A stretch of 64,000 bases of DNA from an uncultured bacterium (GCA_949297445.1 CASFSS010000007.1:8042-72041), one strand, 5' to 3'. Counted from the first letter of the stretch, positions 28,817 to 40,539 are shown. A program made the numbers and translations. Notes: generated from the sequence alone by a model not told the origin.

Positions 28817-30239
28817 AAATATTTTGCCCAACATTAACGACGCTCGTTTACGAAACCGGCCGGTAAAAATAATTTATAAAGATGTGCAAGTTCCCTCTTC
28901 CTTGCTTAATTTTCCTTATCCAAAAACTTTTTATATTAAAACTTATGGATGTCAGGCAAATTATCGCGATGAAGAGACAATTGCTGGTTTACTATGTTAT
29001 GCTGGCTTTAAACGCGTCGATAATATTCAAACGGCCAGCATCATTTTTTTCAATACTTGTGCCGTCAGAGAGAACGCCGAGCAAAAACTATTTGGTCACT
29101 TGGGCGAATTAAAGGCCATTAAACAGAAGGATAAAAATAAGATTATTTGTGTTTCTGGATGTATGATGCAAGAAAGAGAAAGCCTTCAGTTTTTGGTGGA
29201 TACATATAAATATGTTTCTATTATTTTTGGCACGCATAATATCGCTTCCATTCTCGATTTATTAGATGAATATCTTTCGACGAAAAAAATGCTTATTCGC
29301 GTTCCTTCTAATAGCGATGAAGTGGTGGAAAATCTTCCTTCTTATCGTTCTTCTTTGTTCAAGGCATTTGTCAATATAACCTATGGTTGCAATAAGTTTT
29401 GTACTTATTGTGTCGTTCCTTATACTCGCGGCCAAGAAAGAAGTAGATTGATGGAAGATATTTTAAAAGAGTGCCGCTTTTTAAAAGAAAACGACTATCA
29501 AGAAATCACTTTGTTAGGACAAAATGTCAATGCTTATGGCAAAGATTTAAAGGATGGTTCTAATTTCGCTAAATTGTTAGAAGAAGTAGCAAAAATGAAT
29601 TTTCCCAGAATAAAATTTTTAACCTCTTATCCTTCTGAATTCGACGATGATTTAATTGACGTCATTGCTAAATATGACAATATTTCGAAATATATTCATT
29701 TGCCAGTTCAATCTGGCTCAAATGTAATTTTGCAGGCGATGGGGCGTCGCTATAGTAAGGAAGCATATTTGGATTTAGTGAAACGAATGCGCGCGAAAAT
29801 CCCTAATCTGCGTTTGTCCACCGATATAATTGTCGGTTTTCCTAACGAGAGCGAAGAAGATTTTTTAGAAACCTTGGATTTAGTTCAAAAGGCTGATTTT
29901 GCTTCGGCCTTTACTTTTATTTATTCTAAGCGCAAAGATACGCCGGCGGCAAAAATTGTCGATAAAGTTTCCTATGAGACAAAAGTTGAACGCTTTAAAA
30001 GATTGGTGAAACTATTAGAACAACACATTAGTGCTTACGATGCTAAAGCGATGAATCAGTTGCATCATGTTTTGGTTGAATCGGTGAGCGAAAAAGATCC
30101 GACCATGCTTTCCGGTTACGATGAAGATAATAAATTGATTCATTTTAAAGGCGATACTAATTTAATTGGTAAGATTGTTAAAGTTAAAATTAAAGAGTCA
30201 CATATGTATTCATTGATTGGAGAATTGATTGATGAATAG
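28782..30239 (+). CDS. miaB: tRNA-i6A37 methylthiotransferase MiaB (radical SAM)
   Basis: MTTase N-domain YIKTYGCQAN, radical-SAM CNKFCTYC, TRAM domain. The start could be ATG 28782 or ATG 28803; both overlap the ymdB 3' end. Confidence 0.88.
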   Translation: MFLLKLSMRENKNILPNINDARLRNRPVKIIYKDVQVPSSLLNFPYPKTFYIKTYGCQANYRDEETIAGLLCYAGFKRVDNIQTASIIFFNTCAVRENAEQKLFGHLGELKAIKQKDKNKIICVSGCMMQERESLQFLVDTYKYVSIIFGTHNIASILDLLDEYLSTKKMLIRVPSNSDEVVENLPSYRSSLFKAFVNITYGCNKFCTYCVVPYTRGQERSRLMEDILKECRFLKENDYQEITLLGQNVNAYGKDLKDGSNFAKLLEEVAKMNFPRIKFLTSYPSEFDDDLIDVIAKYDNISKYIHLPVQSGSNVILQAMGRRYSKEAYLDLVKRMRAKIPNLRLSTDIIVGFPNESEEDFLETLDLVQKADFASAFTFIYSKRKDTPAAKIVDKVSYETKVERFKRLVKLLEQHISAYDAKAMNQLHHVLVESVSEKDPTMLSGYDEDNKLIHFKGDTNLIGKIVKVKIKESHMYSLIGELIDE

Positions 30240-30552
30240 TAAAAAGATAATTGAAGCGGTGGAAACGACCAAAAATTATTTGCTCAATGAACCGGTAGTG
30301 AAGGAATATTTATCCATTAAAGATAAAATACAAAAAAACGAAGATTTAAATTCGTTAAAACGAGAAATTGATAGTTTGAAAGACGCTTTAAATGCCGCCA
30401 AAAAAGGAAGTAAAGAATATTTAGATTTGTACAAAAAGTATTATGATAAAAAAACTGTCTATGACGCGCACCCACTCGTGCAAAATTATCATTATTTAGA
30501 AAAAGAGGTTCAAGCCTTGCTTTTAGAAGTAAAGGATATACTCGAAAAATGA
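30229..30552 (+). CDS. ymcA: YmcA/RicA-like protein (YlbF/YmcA family)
   Basis: 107-aa helical protein directly after miaB, as in B. subtilis ymcB-ymcA; family call rests on position and size. Confidence 0.55.
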   Translation: MMNSKKIIEAVETTKNYLLNEPVVKEYLSIKDKIQKNEDLNSLKREIDSLKDALNAAKKGSKEYLDLYKKYYDKKTVYDAHPLVQNYHYLEKEVQALLLEVKDILEK

Positions 30553-31439
30553 TGATTGTTGTTATAACCGGTCCAACGGCGACACATAAAAGTGAAACGG
30601 CCGTGCGCATCGCTAAAAAAATTGACGCGGAGATTGTTAACGGTGATGCTTTTCAAGTTTATAAAGAATTAAATGTGGGGGTGGCTAAACCAAGCAAAGA
30701 ATTGCTAGAAACCTTACCACATCATCTTTATTCTTATGTTTCGATTAAAGAAGAGTATTCTATCTATCGCTATCAAAAGGATTTGCGGGCGAAGATTGAA
30801 ATGCTTCAACAAGCAAACAAAAATGTTGTTATTGTTGGTGGATCAATGTTATACATACGCGCCGGGTTATACGACTATCAATTAGATGAAAAACCTAGCT
30901 TTGATGGGCAATACCATCAGCAATTAGAAAATATGTCTAATATTGAGTTATATGAAACTTTAAAAAATGTTGATCCCCTAGAAGCGAGTAAAATTCACTT
31001 AAATAATCGACGTCGATTAATTCGTGCTTTAGAAATATATAATCAAAACGGCAAAACTAAGTCAGAAATTATTAATGCTCAAAAGCACGAGCCGATTTAT
31101 CCAAATGTCTATTTCTTCTCTCCCTCATTTATCAAAGAAGAACTGTACGCAAGAAGCGATGAACGCGTCGACAAAATGTTTGCCAATGGTCTATATGAGG
31201 AGGCGACCGATTTATTTAAAGAATATGGTTGTAATTTAAAGGCTCTTAAAGCAATTGGATATAAAGAATTGGTGGATGTTTATCATAATAAAATTAGTTT
31301 AGAAGAGGCTAAAAATGCCATTAAACTAAATACGCGCCATTATATTAAAAAACAAGTTACTTTTTTGAAATATCAGTTTAAAAATGTTAATTATTATAAA
31401 ACAGACATGGACATTTTAAATGTTTTAATGAAGGATTAG
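30549..31439 (+). CDS. miaA: tRNA dimethylallyltransferase MiaA
   Basis: P-loop ITGPTATHKSE and the IPT family. Confidence 0.9.
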   Translation: MMIVVITGPTATHKSETAVRIAKKIDAEIVNGDAFQVYKELNVGVAKPSKELLETLPHHLYSYVSIKEEYSIYRYQKDLRAKIEMLQQANKNVVIVGGSMLYIRAGLYDYQLDEKPSFDGQYHQQLENMSNIELYETLKNVDPLEASKIHLNNRRRLIRALEIYNQNGKTKSEIINAQKHEPIYPNVYFFSPSFIKEELYARSDERVDKMFANGLYEEATDLFKEYGCNLKALKAIGYKELVDVYHNKISLEEAKNAIKLNTRHYIKKQVTFLKYQFKNVNYYKTDMDILNVLMKD

Positions 31440-31443
31440 TGGC

Positions 31444-32133
31444 ATGTTAGAAAATTATTTGAGTCGCTTAATAAACTTGTATGGCGAAGAAAAGATTTCC
31501 TCGATTAGCGATAAAGTCATTTTACTTGCTGGACTAGGCGGGGTTGGTGGCGCGACTTTTGTCAGCTTAATTAGAAGTGGCTTTAAACATTTAATTATTG
31601 TAGATTATGACAAAGTAGAGCCATCAAATTTAAATCGACAGATTCTTTATACAAAGGATGATTGTGGCTTAGATAAAACTTTGGTTGCTAAAAGATATGC
31701 TAGTTTGATTGATGAAACGATTGAAGTGACCACTATTAATAAAAAAATCAGCGCCGGCGATGAAAAGATTTTTGCACAATATAAAATTGACTATATAGTC
31801 GATGCAATCGACGATATTAAAGGCAAAATTACTTTAATAAATTATGCGTTAGAAAATAATATTCCTTTAATCTCTTCGATGGGAATGGGCTTAAGAAAAA
31901 GTAGCGGTGACATTTGTATTACCAGTTTAGATAAAACTTATAATGATCCGCTTGCCCGTAAATTGCGTTCAGTTTTACGAAAACAAAATTTAAACTCTAA
32001 AGCAATTAATGTTGTATTTTCAATAGACAAACCGATTAAGCAAGATGGCGTAATTGCTTCATCTTTTTTTGCGCCAAATATTGCCGGTATTAAGATGGCT
32101 GAATTTGTTTTTAACCATTTTATTGAGAAATAA
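31444..32133 (+). CDS. tcdA: tRNA threonylcarbamoyladenosine dehydratase TcdA (ThiF/MoeB-like E1 fold)
   Basis: Rossmann GLGGVGG plus ...NLNRQ... motif of the E1-like family; 229 aa. Confidence 0.75.
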   Translation: MLENYLSRLINLYGEEKISSISDKVILLAGLGGVGGATFVSLIRSGFKHLIIVDYDKVEPSNLNRQILYTKDDCGLDKTLVAKRYASLIDETIEVTTINKKISAGDEKIFAQYKIDYIVDAIDDIKGKITLINYALENNIPLISSMGMGLRKSSGDICITSLDKTYNDPLARKLRSVLRKQNLNSKAINVVFSIDKPIKQDGVIASSFFAPNIAGIKMAEFVFNHFIEK

Positions 32134-32249
32134 TCCTTCAGCATTTTTTTCCTTATAAAAAAGAGTTATTTTCCTCTATCAATAAAGTGTTTATTATGCA
32201 ATAATAACAAATATTCATTGATAAATATTTTTAGACGGAGGTTTTTATT

Positions 32250-33863
32250 ATGATGGAAAGAATTGAAAAGATTGCCAAAAAAGCAGGTATTGATGAAAAA
32301 TATGTACTTCCATACGGCCATTATAAAGCCAAAATTGACATGGCTCTTTATGATGAATTAAAAGGAAAAAAAGACGGTAAATTATTATTAGTTACCGCGA
32401 TTACACCAACAAAAGCCGGCGAGGGAAAGACAACGACTAGCATCGCTTTGACAGAAGGTTTAGCAAAGATTGGTCAAAATGTTATGTTATGTTTGCGTGA
32501 ACCATCTTTAGGACCTGTTTTTGGAATTAAAGGTGGTGCTACTGGTGGCGGTTTAGCCTCAATTGAGCCTAAAGAAGATATCAATTTGCATTTTACTGGT
32601 GACATGCATGCTTTGACTACTAGCATAAACCTTATTTCCGCCATTATTGACAATCATATTTTTCGTGGAAACGAATTAAATATCGATCCAAATAAAGTTG
32701 TTTGGAAACGTGCTTTAGATATGAATGACCGAGCTTTACGGGATGTAGAAGTTGGTTTAGGAAAAGGCAACGGAACACCAAGGACTGATCATTTTTTAAT
32801 TACTGTTGCTAGCGAAATGATGGCGATTTTATGCCTAGCAAAAGACGAAGAAGACTTTTTGCGAAGAATTAATAATATTATTGTGGCCTATACTTATGAT
32901 GATCGTCCTATTCGTCTAGAAGAACTTCGCATTTCTCACGCAATAATGAAATTGATGCGAGAAGCACTAAAACCTAACCTAGTGCAAACAGTCGAAAATA
33001 ATCCGACTCTTGTCCATGGTGGACCGTTTGCCAACATAGCTCATGGCTGCAATTCAATCATTGCTTTGAAACTAGCTCTTAAACTTGGCGATATCGTTGT
33101 TACCGAAGCTGGTTTTGGTGCCGATCTTGGTGCCGAAAAATTCTTTGACATTTGTTGTCCAAGTGGCGATTTAAAACCTGATGGAGCCGTTGTTGTTGCA
33201 ACTATTAGAGCCTTAAAGATGCATGGTGGAGCCAGCTTAGAAGATAGCGATAAATGCAATGTCGACGCCTTGCTTGCTGGTGCCGAAAACTTGTCAACAC
33301 ATGTTGAAAATGTCAAAAAATTCGGCGTTCCAGTGGTGGTGGCTATTAACCATTTTGCCATCGACCACGATGAGGAAGTTGAAGCTTTGCGATTATATTG
33401 TATAAACAAAGGTTATGAAGTGGCGTTCCTAGATGGATTTTTAAAGGGAGGAGATGGCTCTACTGAACTAGCAAAAAAGGTCGTTGAAATGTTAAATACC
33501 ACCAAGAGTGCCTATCATCCTCTTTATGACAAAAATCAACCAATCAAAGATAAAATTGCAACAATTTGTCGTGAAATATATCGGGCCAAAGATGTGCAAT
33601 ATACCGATTTAGCGTTAGAGCAAATTGCTAAATATGAAAAAATGGGTTTTGATAAGACACCAATTTGCATGGCAAAAACTCCTCAATCGCTTACTGATGA
33701 TCCGTTAATTTTAGGCGCACCACGTGATTTTATAATAACAATTCGCGAAGTAAATTTGAGTGCTGGCGCTAATTTCTTAGTCGCTTTAACCGGTGCCATT
33801 TTGACAATGCCTGGTTTGCCAAAAGTTCCGGCGGCGGTTAAAATGGAAGACGAGCCATACTAA
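32250..33863 (+). CDS. fhs: Formate--tetrahydrofolate ligase
   Basis: 537 aa of the FTHFS family (PTKAGEGKTTTSIAL...); GGAGG RBS. Confidence 0.95.
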   Translation: MMERIEKIAKKAGIDEKYVLPYGHYKAKIDMALYDELKGKKDGKLLLVTAITPTKAGEGKTTTSIALTEGLAKIGQNVMLCLREPSLGPVFGIKGGATGGGLASIEPKEDINLHFTGDMHALTTSINLISAIIDNHIFRGNELNIDPNKVVWKRALDMNDRALRDVEVGLGKGNGTPRTDHFLITVASEMMAILCLAKDEEDFLRRINNIIVAYTYDDRPIRLEELRISHAIMKLMREALKPNLVQTVENNPTLVHGGPFANIAHGCNSIIALKLALKLGDIVVTEAGFGADLGAEKFFDICCPSGDLKPDGAVVVATIRALKMHGGASLEDSDKCNVDALLAGAENLSTHVENVKKFGVPVVVAINHFAIDHDEEVEALRLYCINKGYEVAFLDGFLKGGDGSTELAKKVVEMLNTTKSAYHPLYDKNQPIKDKIATICREIYRAKDVQYTDLALEQIAKYEKMGFDKTPICMAKTPQSLTDDPLILGAPRDFIITIREVNLSAGANFLVALTGAILTMPGLPKVPAAVKMEDEPY

Positions 33864-33866
33864 ATA

Positions 33867-34082
33867 ATGAAAGATTTAAACTATACCTTATTCGATGTCG
33901 TAGAATTAAAAAAAGAGCATCCTTGTGCGAAGCGTTCTAAACTTTTTCAGGTTGTTCGGCTTGGTGCTGATTTAAAAATTCGTTGTTTAGGTTGTGGCAA
34001 TTTAATTCTCATTTCACGCGATACATTTAATCATCGTTTGCGTAAAATTGTGTCGCATCATGATAAAGAGATTGTCGTTTAA
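33867..34082 (+). CDS. Small DUF951-like protein with paired Cys motifs (HPC...CLGCGN)
   Basis: 71 aa; resembles Bacillus YyzM-type small proteins. Confidence 0.45.
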   Translation: MKDLNYTLFDVVELKKEHPCAKRSKLFQVVRLGADLKIRCLGCGNLILISRDTFNHRLRKIVSHHDKEIVV

Positions 34083-34133
34083 ATTTTTTGACACATCACT
34101 GCTATATGAGTCTAGTAATTTATTAGATTCAAT

Positions 34134-36212
34134 ATGACGTTAATCGAAATAAAAAACTTAAATAAAACCTTTGTAAAGAATAATAATCAATGCGTTGTCT
34201 TTGACAAGGCTAATTATCGATTTCCTGACAAAGGTTTTTTTGCGCTTGGTGGGAAATCGGGTTCTGGCAAAACAACATTTTTAAATTTGCTACTAGGAAT
34301 AGAGAAGCCAACTAGCGGTGAAATTATTTATAAAAATAAAAATATTAAAAATTTTTATAGGGATGAAAAAATACTTTACTATCAAAATGAGATAGCGATT
34401 ATTTTTCAACGTTATAATCTTTTTGAAAACTTAAGTGCTATTGATAACGTACGGATAGCAACGAACTTCGCAAGAGAAAAAGAGGAAACGATAAACGCTC
34501 TTTTTGAAAAATTCGGCTTATCAAATCATAAATATAGCAAAGTTAGCACGTTAAGTGGTGGTGAAAAACAGCGGTTATCAATTATTAGAGCATTAGTAAA
34601 AAATCCTTCAATTTTATTAGCGGATGAACCTACGGGAGCTCTCGATGAAAAGAATTCTATCATCTTGCTTGAATATTTAAAGGAAATAGCAAAAACCCGC
34701 CTTGTTATCATGATAACTCATAATGTTAAATTGGCCGAGCAATATGTCGACGAAATGATTTACATAAAAGATAAGCAAATTGTCGGCAATTTGCATGAAA
34801 AAAGTGCAAATTACCATTTTTTTGAACAAAAAAATATTCCTTTTAAACTGAACATTCTTAGCCTTAAAAAAATAATTCAGGCGCATTTTTCGCAAGATAT
34901 TTTTAAAAATTGTGTTGTTTTTATATCGTCATTAGTTGCTTATTTATTCTTATTTTTTTCAGTTGGTTTCTATAACGGCATTGAAATATCAAGCGTTGAA
35001 GAATCAAGAAAAACGCTATTATATAATTTTGCAAGTATAAGCAAAGAAGAAATCGTCCATTTAGAATCTTCTCCTATTAGTCTTAGCAAACAAACACGTC
35101 CATCAATTGAAACGATGGAAGAATTAAAAAATGATTTAGCTGATTTTATTTATAAACCTAATTTATCTTATTTTTTGCCTAGTTATATCGAGGTGTCTAC
35201 GAGCGAGAATAATTTTTCGACATGCGCACTTTATCCATTTTTTATTGATGAAAGTGTGCTAGAAATAATCTCGCCATGTATTAATGGGAGACTACCTAAC
35301 ACCTATCAATTTAATGAAATTATTGTTAATAGAAGTTATGCAGAATTATTTTCTTCTAATGATGTTATCGGTCGTCAAATAATTTTTCGCCATGACGCTG
35401 TTTGTCCGTTTTTATATAACGATAGTTTAATACAAGAAAACTATTCGCTTGCTATCCCTATGACAATTGTTGGTGTTATCGATGAATTTAGTTTTTTATC
35501 AACGCCAAAAATTTTTTATTCTTATTCTGCATTTGAAAGTTACCTAGATAAATTAATAATGGTTGAAACATCAAATAAATTAGGTAAACAGTTTTCCTAT
35601 CTTGATTATATTTTATCAATTAGCGACGATAGTCCAATAAGCAGTTATTCTTATTATTTATTTTTTGGCAAAGAAGGGGCAAATCATTTAACTGAATATT
35701 TAGATAATTTTAACGATGATAACGAATTAACCATTACATCTTTGTACTATGAAAATATGACTTTATATAAGAACTTATTGATGTCTTTTGCAACGATATT
35801 TTTATTATTTTCATTAATTGTTCTAATTGTGGCAATCTTGATGCTTGTCTTAGTTAGTTCGGCATCATATTTTAAAAGAAAACGCGAGTCAGCAGTCTTA
35901 ACAATTTTAGGTATAAGAAGTTTTGATATATATAAAATATATTTTATTGAAAATTTTATCATTGTCTTTTTGTCATATTTAGCATCTTTAATATTCTCTT
36001 ATCCACTTGAAAAATTAGCCAATTTCATCATTTGGAAAGCAAACGGTTTATCTAACATAATTGCGATTCCTATTTTTAATTATTTGAACATCCCTTTGCT
36101 TCTACCATTTTCTTTATTTTTTATTATTTTAATATCCACATTCTCAGTGCTTTTTGTCATATTTTTTAAGCAAAAAAATTCATCAATAAGTTGGGAGCTT
36201 AAAGAAGAATGA
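34134..36212 (+). CDS. MacB-type ABC transporter, fused ATPase / FtsX-like permease (692 aa)
   Basis: N-terminal ABC ATPase (GKSGSGKTT; LSGGEKQRLSIIRAL; Walker B LLADEPTGALD), then TM1, a roughly 260-aa extracytoplasmic domain, then three C-terminal FtsX TMs. Confidence 0.8.
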   Translation: MTLIEIKNLNKTFVKNNNQCVVFDKANYRFPDKGFFALGGKSGSGKTTFLNLLLGIEKPTSGEIIYKNKNIKNFYRDEKILYYQNEIAIIFQRYNLFENLSAIDNVRIATNFAREKEETINALFEKFGLSNHKYSKVSTLSGGEKQRLSIIRALVKNPSILLADEPTGALDEKNSIILLEYLKEIAKTRLVIMITHNVKLAEQYVDEMIYIKDKQIVGNLHEKSANYHFFEQKNIPFKLNILSLKKIIQAHFSQDIFKNCVVFISSLVAYLFLFFSVGFYNGIEISSVEESRKTLLYNFASISKEEIVHLESSPISLSKQTRPSIETMEELKNDLADFIYKPNLSYFLPSYIEVSTSENNFSTCALYPFFIDESVLEIISPCINGRLPNTYQFNEIIVNRSYAELFSSNDVIGRQIIFRHDAVCPFLYNDSLIQENYSLAIPMTIVGVIDEFSFLSTPKIFYSYSAFESYLDKLIMVETSNKLGKQFSYLDYILSISDDSPISSYSYYLFFGKEGANHLTEYLDNFNDDNELTITSLYYENMTLYKNLLMSFATIFLLFSLIVLIVAILMLVLVSSASYFKRKRESAVLTILGIRSFDIYKIYFIENFIIVFLSYLASLIFSYPLEKLANFIIWKANGLSNIIAIPIFNYLNIPLLLPFSLFFIILISTFSVLFVIFFKQKNSSISWELKEE

Positions 36213-38989
36213 TAAAAATTAAAAATTTTACAAAGCGTTTTGACAAACACTCGCTATTTTTCGATGTAAATTATTCTTTTCCTCAAAAAGGCTTGTTCGC
36301 AATTGTTGGGCCATCTGGTTGTGGCAAAAGCACTTTATTAAAAGCAATGAGCGGACTCGACAATGATTACGACGGTTATATTATTGTTAATCAAATAAAT
36401 ATTAAAAAACTAAGCAACGATGAACGCGCAAAGTTTCGACAATCAACGATAGGAATGGTTTTTCAAAATTTTAATTTGTTTAATTTAGATAGTGCTTTGA
36501 ATAATATCATTATTGCTTATGAAAATTATAAAAATTGTATCGACGGACATTTAACGCGCATACTAGAGAAATTAGACATAATAAATTTGGTTAATAAGCC
36601 AATAAACACTTTATCCGGCGGAGAGATGCAGCGCGTCGCCATTGCTCGCGCCTTAATTAATAAGCCTACTATTTTGCTTTGCGATGAGCCAACCGGATCA
36701 CTTGATGGAGAAAATAGTAAGAATATCTATGGAATCTTAAAAGAAATTAGTAAAGATCAACTTGTAATTGTTGCAACACACGACTACGAAGGCATCGAAA
36801 AAGTTGCCGATGAAATAATTGGAATCGATAATAAGAAATTGTGTAATCATAAATTCAACAAAAAAATTTACATTGATGAAACCAATAAAATAAATAAGAA
36901 AGTTGATTTAAAAAATCGAAAATTAAGGTTTTCGTTTATTGTTAAAAATACAATTCAATATTTTAAAGAGAAAAAAATCCGCTTTGCCTTTTCGACAGCT
37001 ATTTTGGCACTCAGTATGCTCGGCGTAGGTCTATCTACTTTATTATCGCTTTCGTTGAGCGAAAAAATTGACGCGTCATTTTCTAATTTAGTAGATGGTA
37101 ATCCATTGGTGATTCGAAGAAAAGGAAATCAAAATATTATCGACAATGTATATAGTGCCTCAAAAGAACAAGTTGAAGAGCTAAAATCAACCTACAACTA
37201 TTTTATTAAAAATATTGGTGTAACATACATGGTAAATTTTGAAGACTTCTTTAAAGACGGAAATGATTTTTACGTAAGTTGCAATCATTATAATCATCTT
37301 TTAACAAATGTCTCGGTGCGCGATATAAATGATTTTATTGTCTATGATATCGATTCAGCTAATCGCTTTTATCCACGGCAAAAATTAAATTTGGCAAACG
37401 ATGAAATCGTTTTATCCTTGACATACGAGGAGATGTCCAACATATGCTATAAGTTGCAAATAAATCGTAGTTTTGTTTCCCTTGGTCAATACATTAATAA
37501 AAATAAATTACAATTATCGCTTCATGTAAAAAATAATGACTGGGTTTATGATGATGAACAAATTTTTAATATTGCTGCAGTTTATGAAAGTCGAACGAAT
37601 GCTTTAGCACACACGAATAGCCTTTGGAATGAATATGTTTTTGAAGAATTGATGCGAATGAAAAGCAATGATGGCAGTGAACGGATTTTTCCTTGGGAAA
37701 TGTATAAGTATTATTATTTTGAGACATGGGATGATCCATCTAGCATGATTGATGTCATAATGCTTAATGATAAATATTCTAATTTACTCTTAGAGAAAAC
37801 AAGCTATCTTTATCATCCAAAACTATGTAAAATAAACGAGATTTGCGATATAAACCGCGCAATTATCTTCTCAATTGACAAAAATTCAGTCGATTTTTCT
37901 TTAATTGAAAGCATCAATTCAATCGGTGAAAAATTTGAAAATTATTTCTATGCATCGGCGTTTGGCTATTCTGAGAACGTCGTCTCATATTTAAATGGTT
38001 TTTCTAAAAATTTTTTTATTGCATCTTCGCGTGAGAGTTTAGAAAAAACAATTGATGCGCATACAAGTTTATCTAGCCGTGATCTATTCGAAGTTAATCT
38101 TTCATTAGATGTAATTTCAGGCAACTATATGCACGCCTTATCAAATGGATTAGCTTTTTCGAGCCATATTAGTAATCTTATTTATGGACGAACGGCAAGT
38201 AGACTTGATGAAATAGTTGTTTCATCTAGCGTTGCCAAAACCTTATTTAATGACGAAAACGCGCTGGGTAAAAAAATATATGTTGGTGCTTCATGCGAAG
38301 AAAGTGAAAATGTGGATGGAACGATATACACTAGTTTTGCTACTACGGAATTAGTCATAGTTGGTGTCAATAATTCAAGCCATAATTTGCTTTATCATAG
38401 ACCAAATTGGTCGATAAATTTTTTTCGCGATCGCTTAGGCATTTCAATGTTTAAATTATTACCTTCCGCACTAATTATTGAACTTGCTAATAACGAGGAG
38501 GCTTATTGCTCGCATTTAGTAAAAAACTTGCAACATTTATACCCTGACTATGAAATTATTTCGCCATTATTATCAATTCATACCAGCCTAGAATCTGCTT
38601 CACAAATCATTACAATTTTTCTATTTGTCTTTTCATTTATTGCTTTAATCATTTCTTTTTCTTTACTATTTTTAGTAATTTATTTAGCCGTCGATGAATG
38701 TAAAGGCGAAATATTTATTTTATATTCCCTTGGTTTTTCATTTCGGGAAATTAAAAAAATATTTTATGCAAAAACTTTTTTGCTTGGTTTTGTTGCCATG
38801 ATTATATCTATGATAGAAATTTTTGTTTGTGATGTATTTATTAGCAGTTATATTAATAACTATTTTGGCATGTCTTCCATGTTTACTCTTTCAATCTATC
38901 CTTATATTTTATCTTTTCTTACTGCGCTTTTAGTGTGTATTGGCGTAGTTGAAATAATTTTTTCTATGAAAAAAAGTGCATTTCGATAG
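36209..38989 (+). CDS. MacB-type ABC transporter, fused ATPase / FtsX-like permease with a roughly 500-aa extracytoplasmic domain (926 aa)
   Basis: ATPase (GPSGCGKST; [15 protein letters not shown]; [11 protein letters not shown]), TM1, a large Cys-poor extracellular domain, then three C-terminal FtsX TMs. ATGA overlap with the upstream paralogue. Confidence 0.8.
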   Translation: MIKIKNFTKRFDKHSLFFDVNYSFPQKGLFAIVGPSGCGKSTLLKAMSGLDNDYDGYIIVNQINIKKLSNDERAKFRQSTIGMVFQNFNLFNLDSALNNIIIAYENYKNCIDGHLTRILEKLDIINLVNKPINTLSGGEMQRVAIARALINKPTILLCDEPTGSLDGENSKNIYGILKEISKDQLVIVATHDYEGIEKVADEIIGIDNKKLCNHKFNKKIYIDETNKINKKVDLKNRKLRFSFIVKNTIQYFKEKKIRFAFSTAILALSMLGVGLSTLLSLSLSEKIDASFSNLVDGNPLVIRRKGNQNIIDNVYSASKEQVEELKSTYNYFIKNIGVTYMVNFEDFFKDGNDFYVSCNHYNHLLTNVSVRDINDFIVYDIDSANRFYPRQKLNLANDEIVLSLTYEEMSNICYKLQINRSFVSLGQYINKNKLQLSLHVKNNDWVYDDEQIFNIAAVYESRTNALAHTNSLWNEYVFEELMRMKSNDGSERIFPWEMYKYYYFETWDDPSSMIDVIMLNDKYSNLLLEKTSYLYHPKLCKINEICDINRAIIFSIDKNSVDFSLIESINSIGEKFENYFYASAFGYSENVVSYLNGFSKNFFIASSRESLEKTIDAHTSLSSRDLFEVNLSLDVISGNYMHALSNGLAFSSHISNLIYGRTASRLDEIVVSSSVAKTLFNDENALGKKIYVGASCEESENVDGTIYTSFATTELVIVGVNNSSHNLLYHRPNWSINFFRDRLGISMFKLLPSALIIELANNEEAYCSHLVKNLQHLYPDYEIISPLLSIHTSLESASQIITIFLFVFSFIALIISFSLLFLVIYLAVDECKGEIFILYSLGFSFREIKKIFYAKTFLLGFVAMIISMIEIFVCDVFISSYINNYFGMSSMFTLSIYPYILSFLTALLVCIGVVEIIFSMKKSAFR

Positions 38990-39045
38990 TTTTAATTTTC
39001 TTTATTTAGTAAAATAATACAGCACATTAAAAGGGGAATTAACTT

Positions 39046-40521
39046 ATGCGTTTTAAAGTTGTATTAGTTTTACTGCCAGTATTATTGAGTCTTACATCCT
39101 GCAAGATTAATAGTTGTTCGTCAACTGAAAGTACTGACAGCAGTTCTACTAGCGATACCACGACGTCCATTGAAAAACCGGATAACGATCAATCTGGCGT
39201 TGAAGTGATCAATAATTTCACATATACACTTAACGACATTAATCGTACTAATGGTTGGTGCAGCGTTAATCCAATTGGCAATGTCAGTTTATTAGTAGTT
39301 CCTGTTGATTGGAATGGTGACAATTATGAGTGGACCGACAAGAAATTAGAGGATATTAATAAAATTTATTTTGGTGAAGCAGCCGATACCGAATGGCATT
39401 CGGTAAAAAGCTTTTATTATGCCTCTAGTTATGGAAATTTAAATATAAATGGCGAAGTTTCTGATGTTTTGACAATTTCATCAGCGACTGCTTTTAACAA
39501 AGCACCTGATGAATTAGCGTATGCGGCATTAAATAAATCTAGTGATTTTTCTTCCTTAAGGAAGAAATATGATACCGATGGCGATGGTTATATCGATGCT
39601 GTATGTTTCGTATATAATCGTCCAATATCATATAACAATAGCGATGATTATTGGGCATTTGTGTATTATGATCCAAGTAGCACCGCTAATGTCAATGATC
39701 CTCAAGTTAACTTATATATGTGGGTTAGTTATGATTTTATTCATGAAGGGTATGGCAATTCAAAATTAGACGGCCACACCTTTATTCATGAAACTGGTCA
39801 TCTTCTTGGTCTAAATGACTATTATTCTGATAGTGGTGAATGGGATGCAAGCGGTGGCAAAGAAATGCATTCATATAATATTGGTGATGAAAATATTTAT
39901 GCCAAAATGTCTTTAGGATGGGTAAATCCTTATTATGTCAAAACCGATTCATCGGTAACTTTAACTTTAAGAACTTCGGCATTTTATGGTGACGCCATAA
40001 TTATTAACGATAGTTGGAATGGTTCGGCTCTTGATGAATATATCGCCATTGAATATTATTCGCCCGATAATTTAAATTATCGTGATTCATACGATTCAAT
40101 AAGAAAATCCGAAGGTATTTCAATGTTTACAACCAGCGGTTTCCGAATCTATCATATCGATGCAAGAATCGTCAAATATAGTGGTAATTTTTTCCGCGGA
40201 TACGCCGATTCAATCGATGGAAATTATGAATATTATATCGGAGCGAGCAACGCTACTAGTTATTCTTATTTAAATACTATGAGCGACCGTAAAAATTATA
40301 AGGAAGTGCATTTATTAGAACCCGATGGAGTCAACACATTAAAAACTGGTAAATTGGCAACTAATGACTCATTGTTTGTTGCCGGCGATACATTTACTGC
40401 AACTTCCGCCTTCTTCTCTAATGGTGATAATAAATTTAATGATGGTAGTGATGTTGGATATAGAATCGACATAATTGAAAGCAACGAAACAACTGGCACA
40501 TTGACAATTACCAAAATATAA
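39046..40521 (+). CDS. Secreted lipoprotein, M6 (immune inhibitor A)-like zinc metalloprotease
   Basis: Signal peptide plus lipobox LTSC. HExxH within HETGHLLGLNDYY resembles the M6 HEFGHDLGLPDEY motif. AAAGGGGA RBS. Confidence 0.6.
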   Translation: MRFKVVLVLLPVLLSLTSCKINSCSSTESTDSSSTSDTTTSIEKPDNDQSGVEVINNFTYTLNDINRTNGWCSVNPIGNVSLLVVPVDWNGDNYEWTDKKLEDINKIYFGEAADTEWHSVKSFYYASSYGNLNINGEVSDVLTISSATAFNKAPDELAYAALNKSSDFSSLRKKYDTDGDGYIDAVCFVYNRPISYNNSDDYWAFVYYDPSSTANVNDPQVNLYMWVSYDFIHEGYGNSKLDGHTFIHETGHLLGLNDYYSDSGEWDASGGKEMHSYNIGDENIYAKMSLGWVNPYYVKTDSSVTLTLRTSAFYGDAIIINDSWNGSALDEYIAIEYYSPDNLNYRDSYDSIRKSEGISMFTTSGFRIYHIDARIVKYSGNFFRGYADSIDGNYEYYIGASNATSYSYLNTMSDRKNYKEVHLLEPDGVNTLKTGKLATNDSLFVAGDTFTATSAFFSNGDNKFNDGSDVGYRIDIIESNETTGTLTITKI

Positions 40522-40539
40522 AATATATTTTATAAACGT

